From: Pseudomonadota bacterium
Lineage (GTDB): Bacteria > Pseudomonadota > Gammaproteobacteria > Pseudomonadales > Ketobacteraceae
Length of the DNA: 64,000 nucleotides
NCBI GenBank assembly: GCA_052035295.1
Contig: JBPOHS010000018.1
Location: 1-64,000, forward strand
Reading direction: 5' to 3'
Each line of letters starts with the position of its first letter. The stretch's first letter is position 1. This document shows positions 45,758 through 56,333 of the stretch, one piece after another. The position numbers and the translations under genes are program-made. Below the pieces are notes generated by a model. That model made no database searches. It saw only the letters and a program-made list of their open reading frames with translations, and was not told the DNA's origin.

Positions 45758-48466
45758 TCAGCCGAGGCTGGGTTCCCAGCGGTGGAACTGGCTGCGTACC
45801 CAGCTCTCGAATTGTTGCGCGGGCAGTGCCTTGCAGATCTGATAGCCCTGCGCCATATCGCAGCCCAGCTGCCCCAGCTGTTCGAGGGTTTTCTGGTTCT
45901 CGACGCCCTCGGCCACCACCTTCAGACCCAGGTTGTGGGCCAGGCTGACGGTGGACCGCACAATGATCGCGTCCTGTTCGTTGGCGAGCATGTCCTGCAC
46001 GAAGGAGCGATCGATCTTGAGCGCATCGATGGGCAGACGTTTCAGGTATGACAGCGAGGAGTAGCCGGTACCGAAATCGTCGATCGAGAATTTGACGCCC
46101 AGGGCAGAGATCTGGCTGATAATGGCCATTGCCCGCTCGGGATCGCTGATCAGTGCGCTTTCGGTGATCTCGATTTCAAGGCGGTCGCCACCGATCCCCT
46201 TGGCTTCGATCAACTGACTGAGGTTTTCGGCAAAGTTCAGGTCGAGCAGGTTGCGTGCCGAAATATTGATGGCGACGGACAAGTAAAGTCCGCGGGAATC
46301 CCATTCTGCCAGCTGGTCGAGCGCCGCCTCGGTAACGCGCAGGCTCAGCGGGTGAATGAGATCGCTCATTTCCGCCAGCGGAATGAACTCGGTGGGAGCG
46401 ATGGCACCCAGTTGCGGATGCTCCCAGCGCGACAGGGCTTCGCAGCCAATGCACTGGCCTGTCTCCAGGTCAATTTTGGGTTGGTAGTGCAGTACCAGCT
46501 GCCCCTCATCGATGGCGTTGCCGAGTTCGGTCATCATGCGCAGGCGGCGTGGACTGTGGGCGTCGAGGCTGGCATCGTAAACGGCATAGCCACCGCCACG
46601 GGTTTTGGCGTGATACATGGCAACATCGGCACAGCGCAACAAGGCATGACTGTCATCACCATGCTGCGGAAAGAAGGCGATTCCCAGGCTGCTTCCCAGT
46701 GACAGGGCCACTTCACCCACGGCGAAGGGCTGGCTGAGGGCGCGCGTTATCCGTCTGGCGAGGGCTTTGGCTTCCTCATGGTCCTGGAAATGATCGGCGA
46801 ACACAGCGAATTCATCGCCGCCCAGCCGGCTGAGCAAGGCCCCGTGTTCCGCCAAAAGGGTTTTCAGACGCAGCCCGACCTGCATCAACAACTGGTCGCC
46901 AATATGGTGTCCCAGAGTGTCGTTGACTTCCTTGAAACGATCCAGATCGAGCAGGAACAGCGTAGGCTGGCAACCGGGTCGGCTGGCGACTGTCGCGATG
47001 GCGGTCGCTGCCACGTCATGCAATTTGCGACGGTTGGGCAAGCCCGTCAGTGAGTCGTTGTCGGCGGCGAACAGCAATTTATCCTGTACCGTCAAGCGTT
47101 CCAGTTCGGAACCGGCACGAGCGGCAAAAATCTCGAGGATTTCCTTGTGCTGCAAGTCAGTGTCGATGGGCTTGTCATCGATGACCGCAACGAATCCGAT
47201 CGCGTTGCCGGCACTGTCAAAAAACGGTAGTCCCAGAAAACTTTCGGCGTTGAATATTCCCAGCAGGGCGTCTTCGGGGAACAGTGCGCGCGCGCCTTCT
47301 CCGACGAGGCAGCTGCCTTCCTCCAACAGATGTTCGAAAGCGGACCCTTGCAGACTGTGTTCGAAATTGTCGGCGACCCGATTATGCAGGCTGACCGCGA
47401 CCGTCTCGAAACGGGTGGTGCCATTGCCTTCCAGTTGTGCAACCAGTGCGCAGCGCGCTTCAAAATTCTGTGCCAGATGAATAGCCATCTGTTCGAAGAA
47501 ACTGGCATCGCCGCGCGCAGAGACCCCTTGGGCGATCATGCGAATGGCCCGGTCGACACGATTGCGTGACGTGACATCGCGCACGATGCTTTGCAGGCAA
47601 TAGTCTTCCCCGATACGGATGCGTTCGATGCTGACTTCTGCTTCGAAATTGCGACCGTCGCCACGCTTGTGCCACCAGTTGAAAAACTGCGGCACACCCG
47701 CCATGGCCGCCTGCAGGATGTCGCGGGCAAATTCGGATGACTCGCGACCACCTTCCTGGAACGGTGGCGACAACTCTGCCGGTGAACTGCCGATGATGCG
47801 ACGCTTGGGCAGATTGAAGACTTCTTCGGCGGTTTTGTTGCAGTCGATGAAAATACCGTCTTTCACCACGACAATGGCATCGCGTGCAGAATCGAACAAG
47901 GCCCGGTGCCGCTGCTCACTTTCGGTCAGGCGATAGAACACGAGTAGTTGTGAGACAAGATCCGCAACCGACGTGGCGAATTCCTGCTCTTCCCGATTCC
48001 ACAGTCGCAGCGTGGCGAGATGTTCCAGGCACAGGACGCCGCAGGTCTTGCCTGCCTGTCGCAGCGTGGCATCAAGCATTGAACGGATATTGTTGGGGAT
48101 CAGATAGCTGTCGGCGAATTCACAGGTGCGGCGATCATTGATGGCGTCGTTGGCGCTGATGATCCGACCGGCTTCGAGTGCCTGGAAATACACCGGAAAC
48201 AGGTGGCGATCGATAGGGGGAAGCATTGAATGATTGTCATTGCTGGCACTGTACTGCATGCGACAGAGCATTTGTCGGCCGGTGGCGTGGTATTCCCAGA
48301 TGCCGGCAATGCCGACGTTGAGCGCGCGACAGGCCGTACGGGTGACAATGCGGAGGGCTGCATCCAGGTCAGATTCCCAGAGCTCCTGGTTTTGATACAG
48401 CCACAGCAGCGCTGTGTGCAGGCGCACGGACTGGCTCTTCCTGGTTTCGTGTGTCAGTGAAGTCAT
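45758..48466 (-). CDS. GAF-PAS-GAF-GGDEF-EAL c-di-GMP turnover protein
   Basis: 902 aa. The GGDEF motif RLGGDEFAV and the EAL motif (EALSRW, DDFGTGYSSLSYL, QGY) are both present. The sensory domains are N-terminal. Confidence 0.85.
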   Translation of the reverse strand: MTSLTHETRKSQSVRLHTALLWLYQNQELWESDLDAALRIVTRTACRALNVGIAGIWEYHATGRQMLCRMQYSASNDNHSMLPPIDRHLFPVYFQALEAGRIISANDAINDRRTCEFADSYLIPNNIRSMLDATLRQAGKTCGVLCLEHLATLRLWNREEQEFATSVADLVSQLLVFYRLTESEQRHRALFDSARDAIVVVKDGIFIDCNKTAEEVFNLPKRRIIGSSPAELSPPFQEGGRESSEFARDILQAAMAGVPQFFNWWHKRGDGRNFEAEVSIERIRIGEDYCLQSIVRDVTSRNRVDRAIRMIAQGVSARGDASFFEQMAIHLAQNFEARCALVAQLEGNGTTRFETVAVSLHNRVADNFEHSLQGSAFEHLLEEGSCLVGEGARALFPEDALLGIFNAESFLGLPFFDSAGNAIGFVAVIDDKPIDTDLQHKEILEIFAARAGSELERLTVQDKLLFAADNDSLTGLPNRRKLHDVAATAIATVASRPGCQPTLFLLDLDRFKEVNDTLGHHIGDQLLMQVGLRLKTLLAEHGALLSRLGGDEFAVFADHFQDHEEAKALARRITRALSQPFAVGEVALSLGSSLGIAFFPQHGDDSHALLRCADVAMYHAKTRGGGYAVYDASLDAHSPRRLRMMTELGNAIDEGQLVLHYQPKIDLETGQCIGCEALSRWEHPQLGAIAPTEFIPLAEMSDLIHPLSLRVTEAALDQLAEWDSRGLYLSVAINISARNLLDLNFAENLSQLIEAKGIGGDRLEIEITESALISDPERAMAIISQISALGVKFSIDDFGTGYSSLSYLKRLPIDALKIDRSFVQDMLANEQDAIIVRSTVSLAHNLGLKVVAEGVENQKTLEQLGQLGCDMAQGYQICKALPAQQFESWVRSQFHRWEPSLG

Positions 48467-48668
48467 ATCAGGTCTACACGTTTCCCGGCGGCTTCATGTG
48501 AAGAACGCCATCAGCTTCTTGTTATTGTTGCAGGTGTGTTACTACCTTTTGCTGCGAATAGGCTACGATCTTGCCTCTGAAAGGGCAAGGGTTGTTCTGT
48601 ATTAATAGTGTTATCAGTCTTCGGTGTGTCTCGTGATAACTTCAAATGATTGATTCAACAGGAGTATT

Positions 48669-49574
48669 TTGGCAGTGACGTCCGCTTATGTCAGCAGGAT
48701 AACAAAAGGTACACTGGAGTGCTTGCAGGTGCAGCATCCCCGTGGTCATGCGCTCATTGCGTTGCAGGGCGCTCAGGTGCTCAGTTATTGCCCGGCTGGC
48801 GCCCAGCCCGTCATCTGGTTGAGCGAACGGGCGGAGTATGTCACCGGGCAGCCGGTGCGTGGGGGAATTCCTGTTTGTTGGCCCTGGTTTGGTGACTGGC
48901 GCCGAAATCCTGCGGCTGTGCGCGATGGTTATCCTGCGATGGCGGAGTTGCCCGCGCACGGTTGGGCGCGTGGAATGCCCTGGCAGCTTGACGACATTGT
49001 CGAAACGGACCGTGAAGTAACGCTGACATTGAGTGTAGGGCTTTCCTCACTTGTCGACGCAGGTCAGTGCGTGCCTGTGCAGTTGACGCTGGACATCGTG
49101 GTGGGCGCGACGCTGGTGCTGCGACTGCGCAACCGTTCCCTGTCGCCATCGCCGGTGCACCTGACGCAGGCCCTGCATACCTATTTTGCCATCAGCGATA
49201 TTGATAACGTTCAGGTCGAGGGGCTCATTGATGTTCCCTATATCGATACCCTGTCCCAATGGCGGGAGGATAGCGGGAATGTTCCGGTGACCTTCCACGG
49301 GGAAGTGGATCGTATATACCAGGGGGACGTCACGCAAGTGATCCTCCGGGATGCCGGATGGCGGCGTTGCATTCGCCTGACCGCCTCGAACAGTCGTTCA
49401 CTGGTGCTGTGGAATCCCCACATCGAAAAATCGCTGCGTCTCGGTCAATTCGCCCCGGATGCCTGGCGGCGGATGGTATGCATTGAGTCGGCCAATATCG
49501 TGTCGGATATGTTGACACTGCAGCCAGGCAGTGAACATTTGCTCGAAGTCACTATAGATACGGTATCGTTCTGA
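48669..49574 (+). CDS. D-hexose-6-phosphate mutarotase (YeaD-like aldose-1-epimerase family)
   Basis: GGIPVCWPWFG and HGWAR blocks are typical of the YeaD family. The protein is 301 aa. Confidence 0.75.
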   Translation: MAVTSAYVSRITKGTLECLQVQHPRGHALIALQGAQVLSYCPAGAQPVIWLSERAEYVTGQPVRGGIPVCWPWFGDWRRNPAAVRDGYPAMAELPAHGWARGMPWQLDDIVETDREVTLTLSVGLSSLVDAGQCVPVQLTLDIVVGATLVLRLRNRSLSPSPVHLTQALHTYFAISDIDNVQVEGLIDVPYIDTLSQWREDSGNVPVTFHGEVDRIYQGDVTQVILRDAGWRRCIRLTASNSRSLVLWNPHIEKSLRLGQFAPDAWRRMVCIESANIVSDMLTLQPGSEHLLEVTIDTVSF

Positions 49575-49640
49575 TTTTCTGCCATTTTTTCGTGGCCATG
49601 ACGTGGCCGCCTGTCGACAATTTTTACGGAGAAACATAGT

Positions 49641-50087
49641 ATGCGCGCATTGTTGCAGCGGGTGACCGAAGCGCGGGTCAGCGTTGACGGCGAAGTGGTT
49701 GGCCAGATCGATCATGGTTTGTTGGTGTTGTTGGCGGTGCAACCCGGGGATACCGAAGCCATTGCTGACAAAATGGTGCACAAGATCACGAGCTACCGGG
49801 TATTTTCCGACGCAGAAGGGAAAATGAATCGCAGCGTCTGTGATGTCAGTGGCGGCGTGCTGTGGGTGTCGCAGTTTACCCTGGCGGCCGATACACAGAA
49901 GGGGTTGCGGCCCAGTTTTACCTCGGCCGCTGCACCCGATGTTGCGCGCCAGTTGTTTGATTATACGGTTGCAAAGGCCAGCCAGCTTCCTATCGTTAAT
50001 CAAACGGGGCGTTTTGGCGCTTATATGCAGGTCTCTCTCGTCAATGACGGGCCGGTAACTTTTTTGCTGGAAATGTCGGGGGACTAG
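49641..50087 (+). CDS. dtd: D-aminoacyl-tRNA deacylase
   Basis: MRALLQRVTEARVSV...SQFTL...NDGPVTF is collinear with Dtd over its full length of 148 aa. Confidence 0.9.
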   Translation: MRALLQRVTEARVSVDGEVVGQIDHGLLVLLAVQPGDTEAIADKMVHKITSYRVFSDAEGKMNRSVCDVSGGVLWVSQFTLAADTQKGLRPSFTSAAAPDVARQLFDYTVAKASQLPIVNQTGRFGAYMQVSLVNDGPVTFLLEMSGD

Positions 50088-50440
50088 GCGGGCCTTTGCT
50101 GCTGGCATGCAACTTGCCTTGTCATAAACGTGTTGTACTGCCTTGAGCTCGGTATGACAAAAACCCGTTGGAACGGGTCGACGTATTTGATAACTTGGCA
50201 GGGTGGTCATCGTGCGCAGGGACGCTACGACACACCTCCTGTCAGGTAGGTGGCGGCATGATCAGGCATTTGTCAGAGCAGTATTTCGCAGGGAAGGATG
50301 GAATAATGAGATTCACGAACGGCAGCAGGAGTGAGAATGCCGCCATGCAGTTCAATGGTGCGTTTCCCGCCAACGTTCAATCCGAGGCTTGCCCAGATCA
50401 ACCGACCTGTCCACCACAACTTACTAGCCAGCAGCCGACT

Positions 50441-51601
50441 ATGCGCATCCTGTTCCTGATCAATTCGCTGGTGGGTGGGGGTGCCGAACGGGTGTTTTCG
50501 GGTGTCGTCAATCGTATCCTTCCGTATCTGCCTGCAGCAGAGGTTGAGGTGGTGCTGCTCGACAGTGAAACCCAGCGCTACCGGATTTCCGCGCCGGTCA
50601 AGGTGACCTGTCTTGGCAGTAATGGTTCGCTTTTCGATAGCTATCGTCGCCTGAAACGCTATATGAGTGGCAACCGTCCCGACCTGGTGATCAGTTTTCT
50701 GACGCGCGCGAATTACCTTGCCATCGTCTTTTCCCGGCGGTTTCGCTACCGCTGTATCATCAGCGAACGCAGCAACCCCTCTGCCTCCAGTGGTTCCGGC
50801 ATGATGGGGTGGGCCAGGAAGCAGTCGGTGCGTACGCTGTTTCCGCGTGCGGATCATGTCATCGCGGTCTCAGAGGGCATCAAGAACAGCCTCATCAAGG
50901 ATTTTTCCCTGTTACCGCAGGCCATCACGGTCATCCCCAATCCGTGCGATATCGTCGAAATTGAACGTCAGGGCGAGCAGCCCATTGATCTGCACAGCGA
51001 TCCGCGTTTGCAGCACGGCTACATCATCGCAGTGGGCAGACTGGTCGAATGCAAGCGTTACGACGTATTGATCCGAGCGTACGCCGGCAGGAAATTCACG
51101 CTGCCATTGGTGATACTCGGCGAAGGCCCGCTGCTCGGTGAACTGCAACAGCTGGCGCAAACACTGGGTGTGGCGGAGCGCGTGATCTTTCCTGGCTTTT
51201 TGGCCAACCCCTATGCCGCCATGGCGCGCGCGTCGGTGTTCGTGCTCAGCTCCGAATTCGAAGGCTTTCCCAACAGTCTGATCGAGGCCATGGGGCTCGG
51301 GCTGCCGGTCATTTCCTCCAACTGTCACCACGGGCCGGGCGAAATCCTTGATGAGTCTACCACCCCGGACATACACGGTGTTCATTTCGGCAAGCACGGT
51401 GTGCTGGTGCCTGTCGCCGACGTCGCTGCACTGAGCGACGCGCTTGCGCAGGTGCTCGATGACACGGAGATTCGCGCCGTCCTGGGTAAAAAGGCTTATG
51501 CGCGCGCTGCCGAATTTGGCGTGAGCGCGGCGATGTCGCGTTACGCCGCCGTCATTCAGCAGCAATTGGCGTTGTTGACACCAGTAACGACCAAAGAGTA
51601 A
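50441..51601 (+). CDS. family-4 (GT-B) glycosyltransferase
   Basis: It begins with MRILFLINSLVGGGAERV, typical of GT4 N-termini. The C-terminal blocks are EGFPNSLIEAMGLGLPVIS and E-x7-E. The track ORF begins 273 nt earlier at 50168, but that extension is low-complexity. Confidence 0.7.
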   Translation: MRILFLINSLVGGGAERVFSGVVNRILPYLPAAEVEVVLLDSETQRYRISAPVKVTCLGSNGSLFDSYRRLKRYMSGNRPDLVISFLTRANYLAIVFSRRFRYRCIISERSNPSASSGSGMMGWARKQSVRTLFPRADHVIAVSEGIKNSLIKDFSLLPQAITVIPNPCDIVEIERQGEQPIDLHSDPRLQHGYIIAVGRLVECKRYDVLIRAYAGRKFTLPLVILGEGPLLGELQQLAQTLGVAERVIFPGFLANPYAAMARASVFVLSSEFEGFPNSLIEAMGLGLPVISSNCHHGPGEILDESTTPDIHGVHFGKHGVLVPVADVAALSDALAQVLDDTEIRAVLGKKAYARAAEFGVSAAMSRYAAVIQQQLALLTPVTTKE

Positions 51602-51610
51602 CCCGCTATC

Positions 51611-53278
51611 ATGAAGCAGAAGCCGCTATGCATTGGCGTTATCCTCGATGATGCCTTGATCGAGGACTGGCTGCACGCTGCTTTGGTGCGTGTACTGGCA
51701 TCGGCGGCGGTCAGCCGACTGGTTTTCTTCCTTCCTGAGCAATCCTTCACTGTAGCGGCGGCGCCCTTCGCCTATCGCCTGTTTGCCGCCCTCGATGCGC
51801 GGCTCTCGCGCAGGCTCATTGGCTCGAATGCTTGTGCCCGTCGCGATGTTCGAGCCGGCTTTCCCGACGTGGAGACGGTGCAATTCAGTGGTCATGTGCA
51901 AAACGGCGTGTCTTGTCTGTCAGACGCCGATCTGCAGGCAATGTCAGGCATGCACCTCGATGTGCTGGTGCACGCGGGGCAGCACCGCATGGAAGATCGC
52001 GTGTGCACCATCGCCCGATGGGGCCTGTGGTCATATCATTTTGGTGATCTGCAGCGCGTGAGGGGCACGCCGGCCGGTTTCCACGAATGTATTGACGGCA
52101 TCCCCACGTCTGGGGCGGGCCTTGTCATGCGGACGGCGGAAGGCGCTCACCGGGTTCTGGACTCCTTTACCAGCACGACCTACTTCTACTCACCGGCGGT
52201 CAATCGCAATCTGCTATTGCGCTCGGCGAGTACCTTGCTGGCGCGCCAGATCGAGAAGCTTTACCGCTTGGGCGAACGGCGCTTCTTCAGCGAAATTGAG
52301 CGCCGCCGCCCACCCTACGGGTTCTATTCCTGGCCGGAACGGAATGCGCCCGCCGGGCTGGCAATGTTGCGAGTGTTCGCCATCTATTTCTTTCGTATTT
52401 TTGCCAAGTCCCTGCGTGACCGGTTGTTGTGGGAGAAGTGGCATTTGCTGATTCAGCGGTCTTCGACCGATGCCGGTACGTTGCAGCGTTACCACGAGAT
52501 CATTGCGCCCGTCGATCAGTATTGGGCTGATCCCTTTATCTGGCGCCACGAAGGCGGGATCTACATTTTTTTCGAGGTGTTTTGCAGGCATCGTCAAAAA
52601 GGTCACCTGGCCGTTGCGTCATTGAATGATGACAATACACTGTCAACGCCGGTGACCATACTCGATATGCCCTACCATTTGTCGTACCCCTGTCTTGTGC
52701 AGCATGACCGTACGCTCTACATGATTCCCGAGTCGAAAGACAATAACGCTGTCAGCCTCTATCGTTGTGTAGGGTTCCCGCATCAATGGGAATTCGTCAT
52801 GCATTTAATGGACGGTGTTAGCGCGGTCGATACCACGCCGTTTTTTCATGAAGGAAAATGGTGGTTGTTCATGACCGTGGTGGATGTCGAGGGTGCACGC
52901 GCACGCGAAAACCTGTGTCTCTTCCATGCAGACAATTTGTTGACCCGGGAGTGGGTGCCGCACCCCCTCAATCCGGTCGTTACGGATGCGCGCTTTGCCC
53001 GACCTGCCGGCCATCTTTTCCGGGAGGGCAATCGTCTGTTCCGGCCAGCGCAGGACTGCAGCAATCTGTACGGCTATGCCGTCGCTTTTCGCGAAATCAA
53101 AACGCTGACGGTGGATGATTATGAAGAAGTCGCGTGCGAGGAAATATATCCGTTCTGGTCGCCGGGGCTGCTGGGCGTGCACACTTTCTCGCGGGAGGAG
53201 GGGCTGATCGTCATTGATGCGTGCCGGCGGGTGGCTCATCACCCGCGTCTGCAAAAGCTCGTGGATCACCTGCCTTGA
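51611..53278 (+). CDS. hypothetical two-domain protein (N-terminal alpha/beta region; C-terminal region with WADPFIW / YMIPE blocks reminiscent of beta-propeller glycosidase-like folds); probably envelope-polysaccharide related given the adjacent GT4 gene
   Basis: 555-aa ORF whose start is 10 nt after the GT4 stop. The domain assignment is tentative. Confidence 0.4.
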   Translation: MKQKPLCIGVILDDALIEDWLHAALVRVLASAAVSRLVFFLPEQSFTVAAAPFAYRLFAALDARLSRRLIGSNACARRDVRAGFPDVETVQFSGHVQNGVSCLSDADLQAMSGMHLDVLVHAGQHRMEDRVCTIARWGLWSYHFGDLQRVRGTPAGFHECIDGIPTSGAGLVMRTAEGAHRVLDSFTSTTYFYSPAVNRNLLLRSASTLLARQIEKLYRLGERRFFSEIERRRPPYGFYSWPERNAPAGLAMLRVFAIYFFRIFAKSLRDRLLWEKWHLLIQRSSTDAGTLQRYHEIIAPVDQYWADPFIWRHEGGIYIFFEVFCRHRQKGHLAVASLNDDNTLSTPVTILDMPYHLSYPCLVQHDRTLYMIPESKDNNAVSLYRCVGFPHQWEFVMHLMDGVSAVDTTPFFHEGKWWLFMTVVDVEGARARENLCLFHADNLLTREWVPHPLNPVVTDARFARPAGHLFREGNRLFRPAQDCSNLYGYAVAFREIKTLTVDDYEEVACEEIYPFWSPGLLGVHTFSREEGLIVIDACRRVAHHPRLQKLVDHLP

Positions 53279-53392
53279 AAGTGGCCTTGGCGTGGGGCTT
53301 GCACCCCGCGCCAAGGCAGACGAACGGGCTTTTCATTGACGGGCTTCCTGGTGACCTGAATGTCAGTAACGGGCAGGTCAGTAACAGGCAGC

Positions 53393-54949
53393 TCAGTAAC
53401 GTGTTTCCCCGTCATCGTGACTGACGTGTTCCATGCCACTCTCACGGCAATGGTACACTTCCATCAGCTTCTCATCCTGCATGCTCTCCAGATGCACGTC
53501 GAACTTCCACAGGCGACGCAGATGCTTCAGCACGGATTCCGTGTCCTTCTCGGCGAGCGGTCGCCGGTTGTGACGAATATGGCGCAGGGTCAATGAGCGG
53601 TCGCCGCGTATGTTGACGTTATAGACCTGAATGTTTGGCTCATTCATGGACAGGTTATACTGTTGCGAAAGTTTCTCGCGAATGGAACGGTAGCCGCCTT
53701 CATCGTGAATGGCGGTGACGTGCAGTTCCTTTTTCAGGTCGTCGTCGAGAATCGAGAACAGCTTGAAATCCCGGATCAGTTTGGGTGACAGGAATTGCAG
53801 AATGAAGCTCTCATCCTTGAAATTCTGCATTGCAAAATGCAGGGTATCGACCCAGTTCGAGCCGGCCATTTCCGGAAACCAGCGTTTGTCTTCGTCGGTG
53901 GGGTTTTCGCAGATCCGCCGAATATCTCGCATCATGCTGAAGCCGAGTGCATACGGGTTGATGCCCGAGTAATACTTGCTGTCAAAACTCGGCTGGAACA
54001 CCACTGATGAATGACTTTGCAGAAACTCCAGCATGAACCCATCACTGAGTTTGCCTTCGTCGTACAGGTGATTGAGCAGGGTATAATGCCAGAACGTAGC
54101 CCAGCCTTCGTTCATCACCTGGGTTTGACGCTGCGGATAGAAATACTGCGCGACCTTGCGTACGATGCGCACGATTTCACGCTGCCAGGATTCCAGCAAC
54201 GGCGCATTTTTTTCGACGAAATACAGCAGGTTTTCCTGCGGTTCATCGGGAAAGCGTTTGACCGGGCTTGTCTCATCCTTGTCGGACAGCTTGGGAATGG
54301 TTCGCCATAATTCGTTGATCTGGCGTTGCAAATATTCTTCGCGATCTTTCTGCCGCTGCCGTTCTTCTTCAGCGGAAATAGGGTAGGGGCGCTTGTAGCG
54401 ATCCACGCCGTAGTTCATCAGTGCATGACAGGAATCCAGCGTGGCTTCGACTTCATCGATGCCATAACGCTCTTCGCAATGGTTAATGTAGTTTTTGGCA
54501 AACACCAGATAATCGATGATGGAACTGGCATCCGTCCAGGTGCGGAACAGGTAGTTGTTCTTGAAAAAGGAGTTGTGACCGTAGCAGGCATGCGCAATAA
54601 CGAGTGCCTGCATGGGCAGTGTGTTCTCCTCCATCAGGTAGGCGATACACGGGTTGGAATTGATCACGATTTCATAGGCGAGGCCCATCTGGCCACGCTT
54701 GTATTGCTGGGCATTGGCGACAAAATGTTTGCCATACGACCAGTGATGATAACCGACCGGCATGCCGACAGAGGAATAGGCATCCAGCATCTGCTCGGCG
54801 GAAATGATTTCAATCTGGTTGGGGTACGTGTCCAGCTTGTAGATTTTCGCCACACGGCCGATTTCCCGGTCGTATTCGTCAATCAGTTCGAAGGTCCATT
54901 CGGACTCTGTCGATATTGGTTTGCGTTCAACCTGACTCATGCCTTGCAC
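53393..54949 (-). CDS. ycgB: SpoVR/YcgB-family protein
   Basis: 518 aa. It is the last gene of the prkA-yeaH-spoVR triad, and its conserved blocks such as HACYGHNSFFKNN are typical of SpoVR. Confidence 0.85.
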   Translation of the reverse strand: MQGMSQVERKPISTESEWTFELIDEYDREIGRVAKIYKLDTYPNQIEIISAEQMLDAYSSVGMPVGYHHWSYGKHFVANAQQYKRGQMGLAYEIVINSNPCIAYLMEENTLPMQALVIAHACYGHNSFFKNNYLFRTWTDASSIIDYLVFAKNYINHCEERYGIDEVEATLDSCHALMNYGVDRYKRPYPISAEEERQRQKDREEYLQRQINELWRTIPKLSDKDETSPVKRFPDEPQENLLYFVEKNAPLLESWQREIVRIVRKVAQYFYPQRQTQVMNEGWATFWHYTLLNHLYDEGKLSDGFMLEFLQSHSSVVFQPSFDSKYYSGINPYALGFSMMRDIRRICENPTDEDKRWFPEMAGSNWVDTLHFAMQNFKDESFILQFLSPKLIRDFKLFSILDDDLKKELHVTAIHDEGGYRSIREKLSQQYNLSMNEPNIQVYNVNIRGDRSLTLRHIRHNRRPLAEKDTESVLKHLRRLWKFDVHLESMQDEKLMEVYHCRESGMEHVSHDDGETRY

Positions 54950-54996
54950 CTCTGGACTGTTGCCTTGCCTCTCTGGGCTGCCGTACGCGGCGGGCG

Positions 54997-56277
54997 TTAT
55001 GCCTTGGCGGGACGTCGCTGGAACAGTTCCCGGAAGACCGGGTAGATGTCCGCAGCGTCTGCGATTGCCTGCATGGCAAAGTGTTCGACCAGCGCCTTGA
55101 TCGTTTCGTATTCGCGCCAGAGCGCCTGATGACGACGAGGATTGATTTCGATGTAGGCGTAGTATTGTACCTCCGGCAAAATATCTTCCATCAATATCTT
55201 GCGGCAGAGTGGTGAGTCATCATTCCAGTTGTCACCGTCGGATGCCTGCGCACCGTAAATATTCCACTCGTCTGTCGGGTAACGCTCGTTGATGATCTCG
55301 GCCATCATTTTCAACGCGCTGGAGACAATGGTGCCGCCGGTTTCGCGTGAATAGAAAAATTCCTGCTCGTCGACTTCCTTGGCGCTGGTGTGGTGACGAA
55401 TGAACACCACCTCGATCTTGTCGTAATTGCGCTTGAGGAACAGATAAAGCAGGATGAAGAACCGTTTCGCCATATCTTTCATCGACTGGTTCATCGATCC
55501 CGATACGTCCATCACGCAGAACATGACAGCCTTCGACGTGGGTTTGGGCTGCTTGATGTGCAGGTTGTAACGCAGATCGATTGTGTCGATGAAAGGAATC
55601 TTGTTGATGCGTCGCTCAAGTCGGGTGATTTCTTTCTCGACGAAAGTGAGGCGGGCGTGATCGCGCAGAATGCTGTCCTGTGCCAACAGCTTTTCGCGTT
55701 CTTCCTGGAGTTCACGCAGCTTTCTGCGGCTGGCAGCGGTCAGTGCAATGCGGCGACTGGTGGCTTGCCGCATGGAACGCATGATATTGATTTTGGCCGG
55801 GTTGCCCTCGTTGACGACACCCGCGCGCACATATTTGAAGGATTCCACGCCGACGAGCTGGCGCTTCACCAGATTGGGGAGTTCCAGGCCTTCAAACAGG
55901 AATTCGAGAAACTCGTCCTGGCTGATCTGGAACACGAAGTCATCCATGCCCTCGTCGCCATCGCCCGGATCACCGCCGGAACCACTTCCGCCGCCACCAC
56001 CTTGTGGCCGTTCGATGGTGTCACCTGACACAAATTCCTTGTTGCCGGGGTGCACGCCTTCGCGGCTGCCACCGCGACCATGGTGGAAAAAAGGCTCGTT
56101 GATATCCTCACGCGGAATCGTGACCTTTTCCCCGCTGTCCATGTCGGTGATGGAGCGCTTGGTAACGGCGTCGTCGACCGCTTTCTTGATATGCTTGCGG
56201 TAACGGCGCATGAAGCGCTGTCTGTTAACAGCGCTTTTGTTTTTTCCATTGAGTCGTCTATCAACAATGTACGACAC
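54997..56277 (-). CDS. yeaH: YeaH/YhbH (DUF444, vWA-like) protein
   Basis: [22 protein letters not shown]... has a Gly-rich acidic linker and a C-terminal vWA-like region ([12 protein letters not shown]), typical of YeaH. Confidence 0.85.
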   Translation of the reverse strand: MSYIVDRRLNGKNKSAVNRQRFMRRYRKHIKKAVDDAVTKRSITDMDSGEKVTIPREDINEPFFHHGRGGSREGVHPGNKEFVSGDTIERPQGGGGGSGSGGDPGDGDEGMDDFVFQISQDEFLEFLFEGLELPNLVKRQLVGVESFKYVRAGVVNEGNPAKINIMRSMRQATSRRIALTAASRRKLRELQEEREKLLAQDSILRDHARLTFVEKEITRLERRINKIPFIDTIDLRYNLHIKQPKPTSKAVMFCVMDVSGSMNQSMKDMAKRFFILLYLFLKRNYDKIEVVFIRHHTSAKEVDEQEFFYSRETGGTIVSSALKMMAEIINERYPTDEWNIYGAQASDGDNWNDDSPLCRKILMEDILPEVQYYAYIEINPRRHQALWREYETIKALVEHFAMQAIADAADIYPVFRELFQRRPAKA

Positions 56278-56333
56278 GAGCGTTACTCACATGCGCAGGC
56301 CAATGGGGCAAACGGCAACAGCGTTTTGACACA

